Made by a program: the position numbers and the translations under genes | Shown: in pieces, positions 48,264 through 56,950 of the stretch | Layout of the letters: each line of letters begins with the position of its first letter | Numbering within the stretch: position 1 is the first letter of the stretch | Source: a virus | DNA: 64,000 bases | IMG/VR virus record: IMGVR_UViG_3300042503_001430 | Coordinates: 1 to 64,000 of that record | Reading direction: 5' to 3' (one strand) | The notes under the pieces: generated by a model | Database searches by the model: none | Seen by the model: only the letters and a program-made list of their open reading frames with translations | What the model was told of the DNA's origin: nothing

Positions 48264-49079
48264 ATGAACTTCGAATTTCTCTCCGACACGTCTGATGAGT
48301 ATCTTTCACTCATCTCTGGGTGGCAAGATCCATACCCAACACCCGCCTTGGAGCAACATAATGGCATCTACGTTGTTCGTGATGATTTGCTTACTGCGGG
48401 TACAAAAATACGTGGTGCAGATTACTTAATAGGTCACTGCCCTAAGCACAAGAATATCAAAGAGTGGGTGTATGGTTCTTGTCCCGCAACGGGGTATGCA
48501 CAGATCAGTCTTCCGTTTTTGTGTAACAGGTACGATAAGAAAGCTGTCATCTTCATGGCAGAAAGAAGCATGGACAAACTCCATGAATATCAGAAGAGGG
48601 GTATTGCTCTTGGTGCTCAGTATCATTGGGTACCTGATGGCATGTTGAATGTCACCAAGAAGAGAGCGAAAGATTATGTTGCAGAAGATCCTGAGACTCG
48701 TGCTCTGTTGCCGATAGGTCTTGAACACCCTACAGTGTTCGCATGTTTCATTAAGGTTGCACGTTCGCTGCCTATTACACCTCGCCACGTTTGGTCTGTT
48801 GGTTCTAGTGGTACGTTGAGCAGAGCGTTACAGTTGGCATGGCCACATGCAGAAGTGCACGTTGTGTCTTCTGGTGGCCACAACATGAATTCACGTGAGA
48901 TTGGTCGAGCAATCTTTCACCCATCGAAGTATAAATGGAACCAGACGGTAAAGAAGAACGAGCTTCCTCCATTTCCTAGCGCACCAGAATATGACGCAAA
49001 AGCTTGGAAGCCGATGCTTGATTACTACGAAACGCATGAGAGAGTTGAACCCATTTTGTTTTGGAATGTAGGTGCATAA
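48264..49079 (+). CDS. PLP-dependent fold-type II enzyme (phage DNA-modification-associated type)
   Basis: VVRDDLL..GTK.R (PLP lysine), GYAQ.SL, W...SSG.L.R.LQ.AWP, YDAKAW, LFWNV. Confidence 0.75.
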   Translation: MNFEFLSDTSDEYLSLISGWQDPYPTPALEQHNGIYVVRDDLLTAGTKIRGADYLIGHCPKHKNIKEWVYGSCPATGYAQISLPFLCNRYDKKAVIFMAERSMDKLHEYQKRGIALGAQYHWVPDGMLNVTKKRAKDYVAEDPETRALLPIGLEHPTVFACFIKVARSLPITPRHVWSVGSSGTLSRALQLAWPHAEVHVVSSGGHNMNSREIGRAIFHPSKYKWNQTVKKNELPPFPSAPEYDAKAWKPMLDYYETHERVEPILFWNVGA

Positions 49080-50434
49080 TGACCACGTTTACATCACTGT
49101 CGAATCTGCCGGTTGAGAAGACAAAGCGAATCTTGGTGTACCCAAACATCACGAGCAAGAACTACGAGACTGATAGCTACGTTGATGCACTGTCGATGAT
49201 GATCTCATCTCTCAGAAAAGAGAGAAGCGATCTGTTTTGGCACATCATATCACCAGCGAAGCTTAAATCTCTTGAGTTTGAGAACACACACCAGTTTGTG
49301 ATTGGTGGGTTCAATACGTACTCACCACAGATGCGTATTCACTTCAACACCGATGAGTTCAAGCGAGAGATATTGAACTACAAAGACTACCAGTACGATA
49401 TGGTGTTCAGTCATTTACCTGAACATACCCTTCAGTTGATGAACCTCTTGAAGTATCAGACACACTTCGATGTGCGCTGTCTTGGGTACTGTCACTGGTT
49501 TGACTTTCCTAAGATCGTAACGTGGAAAGACACCTTCATGAACAACATTACGGGTCTTCTCGAAATGGACAAATGCTTCGTGAACACCAACGCACAGAAG
49601 AACCTTGCGATCAAAACTGCACGACAGTTTTTCTCTGATTCTGTTATCGCCAAGCTCGAAACGATACTTGAGCCGAACTACCTTGGTATCAAAGAGAGTG
49701 ACTGTACATCAGCACCACGAAAGACTACTGAGAAAATTATTGCATTCAACCATCGCCCTTGGGTGTACAAAGACTACGACACGTTCATCGAAACCTGTGA
49801 CAAGTTGTGGGAGAAGCGTAAAGATTTTCGTGTTTGGGTGCCGTTAGAGAAGACATCAATACGACCGTACATGTACACAGATAAGTTTGACAAGCGTGGG
49901 TACTATGATCACCTGTCGAAGTGTCGTGTGTGCTATGCACCAAAGCAGAAATATGCTGGGTGGAGTATTTCTGCTACTGATTCGATGATGAATGGGTGTC
50001 CGGTTGTGTTCTACAACGGTGACTACTACCACGAGATTTGTCCTGAAGGTGTATCAGATCACTTCACTGATATTGATTCGTCTGTTGCGCTACTAGAGAA
50101 ATACCTCGATGACAATACGTATCGAAATAACAAAGCACAAGAACAACTCAACTGGGCAAGTGACGTGCTACCGTATGGTCGTAGGTCTTCGCATCAGCTT
50201 TCTAAAGCTATTGATGCTGTGCTTGATAATAGCGTTTGTGTACAGTCTCAGAACAAGCTTGGTGAATTGAAAGCGTTCATCAAAAGCCGTGGAGTTGTTT
50301 CCAAACGTGAGCTTCTGACGCACTTCAAATGGGGTCAGGGTATCAATTTTACCAGATACCGAACCGCATTGATGAAAGATCCAAATATCTTCGATTTCCA
50401 AAATACTGCCGATCCACATTTTGTGTGGAAGTGA
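49079..50434 (+). CDS. GT-B glycosyltransferase-like protein
   Basis: FSHLPE, YCHW, FNHR...YK, Y.GWS.SA.D.MM.G.P acceptor/donor-binding region; TAATG coupling to the PLP enzyme gene. Confidence 0.7.
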   Translation: MTTFTSLSNLPVEKTKRILVYPNITSKNYETDSYVDALSMMISSLRKERSDLFWHIISPAKLKSLEFENTHQFVIGGFNTYSPQMRIHFNTDEFKREILNYKDYQYDMVFSHLPEHTLQLMNLLKYQTHFDVRCLGYCHWFDFPKIVTWKDTFMNNITGLLEMDKCFVNTNAQKNLAIKTARQFFSDSVIAKLETILEPNYLGIKESDCTSAPRKTTEKIIAFNHRPWVYKDYDTFIETCDKLWEKRKDFRVWVPLEKTSIRPYMYTDKFDKRGYYDHLSKCRVCYAPKQKYAGWSISATDSMMNGCPVVFYNGDYYHEICPEGVSDHFTDIDSSVALLEKYLDDNTYRNNKAQEQLNWASDVLPYGRRSSHQLSKAIDAVLDNSVCVQSQNKLGELKAFIKSRGVVSKRELLTHFKWGQGINFTRYRTALMKDPNIFDFQNTADPHFVWK

Positions 50435-50504
50435 GTATAATTCTTTACAACAACAATGCGCTCGTGTATAATAAAAGGTAGAACTACAAAGTAGCGGAGG
50501 CGTT

Positions 50505-51392
50505 ATTATACTCATTGATTTCAACCAAACCCTCATATCGAATTTGATGTCGCAGATAAGCTCGAACCCTACAGCTCAGTTATCAGAAGACATGATTCGT
50601 CATATGGTGCTCACATCAATCTTGTCATACAAGCGCAAGTTCGGTGACAAGTATGGTCAGATGGTTTTCTGTACTGATGACAGAAAGTACTGGCGTAAAG
50701 AATTCTTCCCGTACTACAAAGCAAACCGCAAGAAAATGCGTGATGCATCAAAGTTCGACTGGAATCTCATCTTCACCACACTGAACAAGATTCGTGATGA
50801 GATCGCAGATAAGTTTCCGTATGTGGTGATTCGTGTTGAGGGTGCAGAAGCAGATGACATTGTTGCTACGATGTGTAAGTACACTCAGTCACACCGACTC
50901 ATTCAAGAGGGGTTAGACCAGGTACCTGAACCTGTAATGATCTTGTCTGGTGACAAAGACTTCTTACAGTTGCAGAAATACCCGAACGTACATCAGTACT
51001 CACCTATTCTCAAGAAGTTTCTTATTGAGAAAGAGCCACAGCGATACTTGCTTGAGCACATCTTGACTGGCGACTCTGGTGACGGAATACCAAACTTCTT
51101 ATCGAACGATGCTGTGTTCGTGACGCCAGATCAGAGACAGAAGCCTATCCGAAAAGACAAGCTTGCTGAGTGGGTTGCTTCTGACAATTTGGAATCTATG
51201 TTCGACGAGACCATGCTCAGAAACTTCAAGAGAAACCAAACTCTCATTGATTTGAGCAACGTACCTCCAAAAATCGAGCAGAAAATCATAGAAGCCTTCG
51301 AAAAAGGTCCACAAGGTGAGCGACGGAATTTACTAAATTATTTCATAGAGAATCGTCTCAAATACTTAATGGAAAGTATTTCAGAGTTTTGA
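50505..51392 (+). CDS. rnh: RNase H / 5'-3' exonuclease (T4 rnh); probable non-ATG start
   Basis: (M)ILIDFNQ..ISN, YWRK...PYYK.NR, EADD, SGDKDF.QL, GD.GDGIPN. Confidence 0.92.
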   Translation: MILIDFNQTLISNLMSQISSNPTAQLSEDMIRHMVLTSILSYKRKFGDKYGQMVFCTDDRKYWRKEFFPYYKANRKKMRDASKFDWNLIFTTLNKIRDEIADKFPYVVIRVEGAEADDIVATMCKYTQSHRLIQEGLDQVPEPVMILSGDKDFLQLQKYPNVHQYSPILKKFLIEKEPQRYLLEHILTGDSGDGIPNFLSNDAVFVTPDQRQKPIRKDKLAEWVASDNLESMFDETMLRNFKRNQTLIDLSNVPPKIEQKIIEAFEKGPQGERRNLLNYFIENRLKYLMESISEF

Positions 51393-51399
51393 TGGAGTT

Positions 51400-51933
51400 A
51401 TGATGTCTTCCCTGAGTGTTGCAGAGGTTGTTCAGTTATTGAAGTCTGCGAAGACCAAGAACGAGCGAACTCAAATATTGAAAACTCATGATTCACCTGC
51501 ACTGCGTGGAATCTTGAGAATGAATTATGACGCATCTTTGGTTTTGTCGCTACCCGAAGGTAAGCCACCATACACCCCGATGGCGGTACCACAGGGTTTT
51601 GGTAACACGACATTGAAGGTTTCTGCTAAGGGTTGGTACGTTTTCAATAGAGAGAACACACCGAACCTCAGACAGTCAAAACGAGAGGCGATGTTTATTA
51701 GTTTGCTAGAAGCTCTTGATCCGGTAGAAGCAGAAATTCTTCTCGCTGCGAAAGACAAGAAGCTTGAGTTGGGTCTAACCAAAAAGGCAATCGACGAAGT
51801 ATTTCCAGGTTTGATAAAATCTGAAGGTAAGACTAATGGCAAAAAAGAACAGTCAGCAAAAGCAGCTAACAACGCAGCAAGCACCGCCACTGAGAGCGAT
51901 GGTGAAGCTGCACGAACTGATACTGACATTTGA
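51400..51933 (+). CDS. Conserved T4-like hypothetical protein (DUF6433-like)
   Basis: LPEG.PPY, KRE.MFI.LLE.L...EA..L...KDK; follows rnh. Confidence 0.65.
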   Translation: MMSSLSVAEVVQLLKSAKTKNERTQILKTHDSPALRGILRMNYDASLVLSLPEGKPPYTPMAVPQGFGNTTLKVSAKGWYVFNRENTPNLRQSKREAMFISLLEALDPVEAEILLAAKDKKLELGLTKKAIDEVFPGLIKSEGKTNGKKEQSAKAANNAASTATESDGEAARTDTDI

Positions 51934-52105
51934 TACTAACAAGCCAAACGAGCAGATCGAAGCACAAGCAATTCACCTGTTAGATGAAATTAACAAACTT
52001 CTCTGCAAGCATTTCAAAGAGTTGTTGCCACAGGTCTATAAAGATCCAAAGAAGAAGACTAAGATTTCAGTTGTTCCAATCACTCCAGAAGACCTTGAAG
52101 AATAG
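51836..52105 (+). CDS. Hypothetical protein
   Basis: AAGG SD; overlaps the low-complexity tail of the upstream ORF. Confidence 0.45.
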   Translation: MAKKNSQQKQLTTQQAPPLRAMVKLHELILTFDTNKPNEQIEAQAIHLLDEINKLLCKHFKELLPQVYKDPKKKTKISVVPITPEDLEE

Positions 52106-52164
52106 TTTGGATACTTCGGTTTTGTAGCCATAAATAAAATAGGCTATAAACACGTAGGTACCGA

Positions 52165-52794
52165 ATGAATTTACTACTTTCAGCACTCGTCTCTCTCGTC
52201 AGAGTATCTGTAAAAATCTTCTTTGCAGTGCTACCCTCCGTTTTGGTTCTTGCAGTATTGACTCAGCCAGAGATTTTGATGAATCGTGGTGTCTCGGTAA
52301 TTAGCAAGACTGACCATGTAGCTATTCACGAGTTGTTTCCAAACTCTTCATGGAATGACCTTGAGCCATGCGGTAAGTATTTCGATGAGCTAGAAGAGTT
52401 TCGCAAAGCTCGACAGTGCGTAAATGATAACGTGTGGTCGGATAGACCTCTCACCTCTAACGAGCTAGATTTTCCTATTCCTCGCTGCTACATCGTGAAA
52501 GCACACGGCCCTAATGTTCTCTCAAAAGATGGAATCAACTTCATACCAATATTTGATGGTATGGGTGTGGGTGCTATTGTTGGTGTTTATCAACCAGAGA
52601 CGCATACCGTGTATGTTGTAGAGAACGTAGACGCACCTATGGTGTATCGTCACGAACTTCAGCACTACTTCTTACATGAGCATGACCCAGAAACTTCGGG
52701 TGGTGGTCATCACCAGCCTATTTGGCAAAAGTGTGAACCTCCATATTACACACCTTCAAAGAAGGCTGAAGCTCTCGGCAAGAAAGAAGATTAG
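52165..52794 (+). CDS. Membrane-anchored HExxH metalloprotein
   Basis: Hydrophobic N-terminus; G.Y, RHELQH, GHH; late promoter CATAAATA at 52129. Confidence 0.55.
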   Translation: MNLLLSALVSLVRVSVKIFFAVLPSVLVLAVLTQPEILMNRGVSVISKTDHVAIHELFPNSSWNDLEPCGKYFDELEEFRKARQCVNDNVWSDRPLTSNELDFPIPRCYIVKAHGPNVLSKDGINFIPIFDGMGVGAIVGVYQPETHTVYVVENVDAPMVYRHELQHYFLHEHDPETSGGGHHQPIWQKCEPPYYTPSKKAEALGKKED

Positions 52795-52940
52795 CTCTTC
52801 TTTTTGGATCTAGGCTTTTTTGTGGATTTCTCTTCCTTTTTCGTGGATATTGGAAGTGGTCCAGCATTACAAGCCTTTATCAATCCAAGCTTGAACAATA
52901 CTTGACAGATCAGACACTTAATTCGCTTCTTAATATTCAT
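52791..52940 (-). CDS. Small basic hypothetical protein
   Basis: MNIKKRIKCLIC...; fills the gap between plus-strand genes. Confidence 0.4.
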   Translation of the reverse strand: MNIKKRIKCLICQVLFKLGLIKACNAGPLPISTKKEEKSTKKPRSKKKS

Positions 52941-52992
52941 ACTTACCCATAAAGTTGTTTGTGTGTCGCACACAGTGTGATATACTATATGT

Positions 52993-53577
52993 ATGAATAT
53001 TTTCTACCTTTCTTCTGACCCCGTACAAGCTGCACGTTACCACCTCGACAAGCACGTTGTAAAAATGATACTTGAGACCGCACAACTTCTCAGTACCGCA
53101 CATCGTATGCTCGACGGCGTGCAGACTCAAGTTTCCAAAACCACCAAGACTGGTAAGCAGAAGACAGTCAAGCGTTACATACTCGCAAACCCTCTACACA
53201 ACGAGATTGTCTACAGTGCTACGCATATCAACCATCCGTGCGCCATCTGGTGTCGTGAGAACATAAATAACTATATGTGGTTATATGAGCTTTTCGTGGC
53301 GCTGTGTGACGAATATACTTACCGCTACGGCAAAAAACATAGGTCTGACATCTTACTGCGTGACATTCTCAAGTCGCCGCCGACCAGCATTTCTCACGCA
53401 CCATTTACACCACCAGCACAAGCGATGCCTGACCGATACAAACATGCTGACCCTGTTGTTGCGTATCAGCAATATTACATCGGCGAAAAATACAGATTTG
53501 CCAGATACACAAAACGCCCACGTCCTGCTTGGTTCAAAGTCACCGATTATCATGGGGGTGAACATGCCAACGTATGA
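52993..53577 (+). CDS. Pyrimidine-dimer DNA glycosylase/DenV-superfamily protein
   Basis: MNIFYL..DP..AA..H.DKHVVKMILE.AQLLSTAH, TH.NHP, EY..RY.K.H, QAMP..YK, AY..YY...K. Confidence 0.8.
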   Translation: MNIFYLSSDPVQAARYHLDKHVVKMILETAQLLSTAHRMLDGVQTQVSKTTKTGKQKTVKRYILANPLHNEIVYSATHINHPCAIWCRENINNYMWLYELFVALCDEYTYRYGKKHRSDILLRDILKSPPTSISHAPFTPPAQAMPDRYKHADPVVAYQQYYIGEKYRFARYTKRPRPAWFKVTDYHGGEHANV

Positions 53578-53824
53578 TTATACTTGCTCTAAGTGTGGTC
53601 ACACATTTGAACGAATCTGTCGAATCGCTAACAGGCTCGATGCAGAACAGGAACCGTGTCCTGGCTGTAACGATAAATGTTGTGTGAGTTTGACGATCAA
53701 CACACCTTCTCTTGTAAGTCCGTTTCGAGTTGATGGTTTAGTTAAACCGAAGGGTGACTTCAAAGAACGTATGCAACAGATCAAATCAAAATCGGGTAGA
53801 AAAAACACTATTAAGGATTACTAA
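53564..53824 (+). CDS. FmdB-family zinc ribbon protein
   Basis: MPTYDY.C..CG..FE...CP.C; usual gene upstream of phoH. Confidence 0.8.
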   Translation: MPTYDYTCSKCGHTFERICRIANRLDAEQEPCPGCNDKCCVSLTINTPSLVSPFRVDGLVKPKGDFKERMQQIKSKSGRKNTIKDY

Positions 53825-53827
53825 TCC

Positions 53828-54598
53828 ATGGGCAAACGGTCCAGCAGAAAAAACGCACATCACGAGCCGCAAGAAGAGACAGTTTTTGAGGAGATAGTAG
53901 ATCCTTATCGCCGACAGAAAAAGCTACTCAAGCACAATTTTCCGTTAGGTCAGATTACTCCATTAACTGACAATCAAGAAGCTGCGTTTCATGCAAATGG
54001 TTCTGCAAAGAATCTCGTTCTGTATGGTGTTGCTGGCACAGGTAAAACATTTCTTGCGTCTTATTTCGCACTCAGTGATCTTGTTGCGGGTCATGCAAAA
54101 CGAATCATCATTGTTCGAAGTGCAGTGACAACACGTGATCAAGGTTTCTTACCAGGTACGCTTCAAGAAAAAATGGCTATGTACGAAGCGCCATATCGTG
54201 AAGTGTTTGCTGAATTGTGTGGTGGTAGACGTGATGTCTATGATGTTCTCAAGAAGAAAGACTACCTTGAGTTCATGTCAACATCATTCATTCGAGGTGT
54301 CACATTCGATGATGCAATTATCATCGTAGATGAAATTCAGAACCTCACCGATCATGAAGTCAATTCTGTGTTGACTCGTGTTGGTAAAAATACTCGTGTC
54401 ATTCTTTGTGGTGACACACGACAGAACGATCTTAAAATGACGGGCAAGAAGAATCAAGAAACTGGTATGCCAGGTCTGCTGTCGGTTGCGAGAGCGATGA
54501 ACAGTTTTGCGCTCGTCGAGTTCGGTGTGAAAGATATTGTGCGCTCTGGTTTCGTCAAAGAGTACATCATCACACGCATCAATCTTGGACTCGATTGA
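53828..54598 (+). CDS. phoH: PhoH-like ATPase
   Basis: G.AGTGKT, RS.V..R..GFLPG...EK, FIRG.TF, VDEIQN, GD..Q.D, DIVRSG.V. Confidence 0.93.
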   Translation: MGKRSSRKNAHHEPQEETVFEEIVDPYRRQKKLLKHNFPLGQITPLTDNQEAAFHANGSAKNLVLYGVAGTGKTFLASYFALSDLVAGHAKRIIIVRSAVTTRDQGFLPGTLQEKMAMYEAPYREVFAELCGGRRDVYDVLKKKDYLEFMSTSFIRGVTFDDAIIIVDEIQNLTDHEVNSVLTRVGKNTRVILCGDTRQNDLKMTGKKNQETGMPGLLSVARAMNSFALVEFGVKDIVRSGFVKEYIITRINLGLD

Positions 54599-54680
54599 TT
54601 CTGAAAGAACGATAAAATCTTGCTTTTTCGTTTCATTTTGTGTACATTATGAAAGCAGTATTCATTAAAGGTGATTGAAC

Positions 54681-55130
54681 ATGGCAAAGAACACAAAGAA
54701 GACAGAGGGTGTAAAGCACGACCAGCAGAAAATCCGTTGGGACTTGATTCCATACGATGCAGTCAATGAGATTGCTAAAGTACTCACTTTCGGTGCAGCG
54801 AAGTATGAAGCACGAAATTGGGAAAAGGGTATGGATTGGTCACGTGCGTTCGGTGCACTACAACGCCACCTCACTCGATGGTTTCATGGTCAAGATAAAG
54901 ACAAAGAGACCAAACTCACTCACTTAGCAAATGCTGGTTGTTGCTTGTTCTTTCTACTCTCATGGGAGCTTCGTCAAGTTGGTAATGACGACCGACCGAA
55001 GTTAGATCCAAAACTTCTTGAGCACATGGATGATACAGAATTCATGCAAAATGTATTCGAACTTCTCAAGCAGGTAAACCAGCAACAATCCACAGAAGAC
55101 GAAGAAGTTGCAGAGAACCTTCCAAACTAG
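54681..55130 (+). CDS. dATP/dGTP diphosphohydrolase-domain protein (DUF5664-like)
   Basis: G.K.D..K.RWDL.P, V.TFGA.KY...NW.KG, A..RH...W..G...D.E....HLA.A.C...FL. Confidence 0.8.
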   Translation: MAKNTKKTEGVKHDQQKIRWDLIPYDAVNEIAKVLTFGAAKYEARNWEKGMDWSRAFGALQRHLTRWFHGQDKDKETKLTHLANAGCCLFFLLSWELRQVGNDDRPKLDPKLLEHMDDTEFMQNVFELLKQVNQQQSTEDEEVAENLPN

Positions 55131-55143
55131 GTTCATGTAAATA

Positions 55144-55172
55144 TTGACAATCACATAAATCTTGTGTATACT
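55144..55172 (+). promoter_or_regulatory. Sigma70 promoter of tmRNA
   Basis: TTGACA-17 nt-TATACT, 8 nt upstream of the mature 5' end. Confidence 0.8.
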
Positions 55173-55180
55173 GGTTTTAC

Positions 55181-55568
55181 GGGCCTGCGTAGTTTCGACA
55201 AGCTGTAGGAACTAGCCTCTCCCACAACACGATGATGGTTCTTGGCATCGTAATAAATGAACCACCGTTTAAGTGCAAACTTCAACGACTCTGCTTACGC
55301 CTTAGCTGCATAAGCCGTGGTGTGTAACTGTTCTGCTAGTTACGTTACACACTGCGAAACTCAAACTAGCGGTGCTCACGGATAACCGTTCGTAACGTGA
55401 GGGTAAAACCTAATCTTGGAGCGGGAATAGTGGCTACCCACTACCGACATGACTTAGAGGTGTTTGATCTGTAAAGTCTGAGGTCTATTAATTGATCAAC
55501 CTATTGTTGTAAACGGAACTAGAGAACACAGCTTGAACAACGGGTGCGACTCCCGTTCAGGTCCACCA
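55181..55568 (+). ncRNA. ssrA: tmRNA (one-piece), tag (A)ANFNDSAYALAA*
   Basis: 5' GGGCCTG..TTTCGAC; 3' T-arm AACGGG-TGCGACT-CCCGTT then CAGGTCC-A-CCA with a G3:U wobble; tag ORF GCA AAC TTC AAC GAC TCT GCT TAC GCC TTA GCT GCA TAA at 55275-55313. Confidence 0.93.
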
Positions 55569-55587
55569 ATTTGTCATAAATAGTAAC

Positions 55588-55677
55588 GGGTTTGTCACTA
55601 GGAAGTGTTTTTACCGTTTCCTGCTGCGAATCTGACTCCGAAGCGGAACGGTGCCAGGAGTTAGAAGTGACAAGCCC
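55588..55677 (+). ncRNA. Unclassified ~90-nt three-way-junction/pseudoknot RNA
   Basis: 12-bp closing stem GGGTTTGTCACT/AGTGACAAGCCC and internal stem TCTGACTCC/GGAGTTAGA; G:U pairs favour the + strand; late promoter CATAAATA at 55575. Confidence 0.6.
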
Positions 55678-55688
55678 ACTTGAATATT

Positions 55689-56543
55689 ATGAAAAACTTT
55701 TCAGAATTTCTAACAGAATCAATACTCGACCCCGAACAAGCTACCTTGTCGCCACAGGTGTTTGATGCAGACGGTACGAAGCTCAAGCCTGAAGTTCGCA
55801 CTCAAATCATCGCAGGTATCTCGAAGCTTGCTGATAAAGCTAACGTGGTAGACTACACACTCATTGGTAGCATACTCACGAAGCGATATGCACCAGACTC
55901 AGATATTGATGTGAACATTCTTATCAACACCAAGCAGAGTCAGATTGATGATATTCGCTCGTTAGCTGTCAGTCTCAGTGGCAAAACCATCACCGGCACA
56001 AAACACCCAATCAACTACCACGTCTTAGCAGACAAAACAGATTTTGATAATGCAAACGAATCTGCTGATGGTGTGTTTGACATCAGCAACAATACGTTCA
56101 TACGAAAACCAACCGAAAAGCCATTTCACATCGAGAAGTACTTCGGTGAATTCAAGAATGTTGTCTCTAAGATTGACGCACTCAAAGACGATTTGAAAGA
56201 TGACTTGATTGACTACTCGGTGTTGAAAGCATTCTCAGAAGAAGACATGACGAACCTTCGCAAGATGATTGAGAAAGAGCTTGATGAGATTGAGAGTGAT
56301 GTGAAGGGTCTTTCTGCACTCTATGACAAAATCTGGAAAGACAGAAACGCAGGGTTTCAGAAGAAGCTTACGCCCAAAGAGATTCGAGAATATGGCACCA
56401 AGAATCGACTACCAGGTAATGTCATCTACAAGTTGCTTGAGCGTCACCACTACCTTCAATTTTTACATCAGGTAGAAGAGATTGTAGCAGACGGCAAAGT
56501 TTCTGAAAAAGAAGCTGATAAATTGATTGACATTGTTTTCTAG
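55689..56543 (+). CDS. Pol-beta superfamily nucleotidyltransferase with CTS-like N-terminus
   Basis: MKNFSEFLTE; LIGS.....Y..DSDID.; C-terminal helical region R..G.......EY...N..YK.L.R..Y. Confidence 0.75.
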   Translation: MKNFSEFLTESILDPEQATLSPQVFDADGTKLKPEVRTQIIAGISKLADKANVVDYTLIGSILTKRYAPDSDIDVNILINTKQSQIDDIRSLAVSLSGKTITGTKHPINYHVLADKTDFDNANESADGVFDISNNTFIRKPTEKPFHIEKYFGEFKNVVSKIDALKDDLKDDLIDYSVLKAFSEEDMTNLRKMIEKELDEIESDVKGLSALYDKIWKDRNAGFQKKLTPKEIREYGTKNRLPGNVIYKLLERHHYLQFLHQVEEIVADGKVSEKEADKLIDIVF

Positions 56544-56554
56544 TGTGGTATCGT

Positions 56555-56767
56555 ATGTCGATGCGAATGGTATTTCCATTTTTAGTTGTGATTTCTATCT
56601 TTGTGGGTCTATTCTTGTTGGGTAGGTTCGCAACGAAAAAGCACATTAATACAATAAATTGCATTTCTATGTGTGGTGATGGTGTTTGTGGATACAACAT
56701 AATGTGTGAGTATCCACCCTGCGGGTGTTCAGAAAATGCTGTCGTATGTCCACGGGATTGTCATTAA
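56555..56767 (+). CDS. Small membrane-anchored Cys-rich protein
   Basis: TM helix, then C...CGDGVC....C....C.C.E....CP.DC. Confidence 0.6.
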   Translation: MSMRMVFPFLVVISIFVGLFLLGRFATKKHINTINCISMCGDGVCGYNIMCEYPPCGCSENAVVCPRDCH

Positions 56768-56809
56768 AAAATTTTTGTAGGACCATATCCAAACTGCTAA
56801 ATAGTACGC

Positions 56810-56950
56810 ATCAAAGTAGCAGCCCTACTTCGACCGACATGAAACTGGTAGCGCAATAAACGGTTTCTACCTTCGGAAGATTTAGGATTCTGGCTTTGTG
56901 TTATAAAGTCGCTCTGTCGAGCGCAAATGGAAAATTGAGCTATGGCGCAT
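56810..56950 (+). ncRNA. Candidate multibranched structured RNA upstream of the hammerhead
   Basis: Late promoter CTAAATA at 56797; stems AAGTAG/CTACTT, TCGAC/GTCGA enclosing GAAACTG/CGGTTTC and GGCTTTGT/ATAAAGTC, plus GCGC/GCGC. Confidence 0.45.

Noticed and set aside
55588-55677. Purine riboswitch, SRP RNA or hammerhead identity for the 90-nt RNA
   Set aside because: It lacks the purine-riboswitch junction consensus and the SRP helix 8 motif. CTGACTC is not CUGAnGA.
56830-56920. Cloverleaf-like fold as a tRNA gene
   Set aside because: No GG D-loop or TTCRA T-loop in the correct positions, no 7-bp acceptor stem and no CCA. It is kept only as an unassigned RNA.
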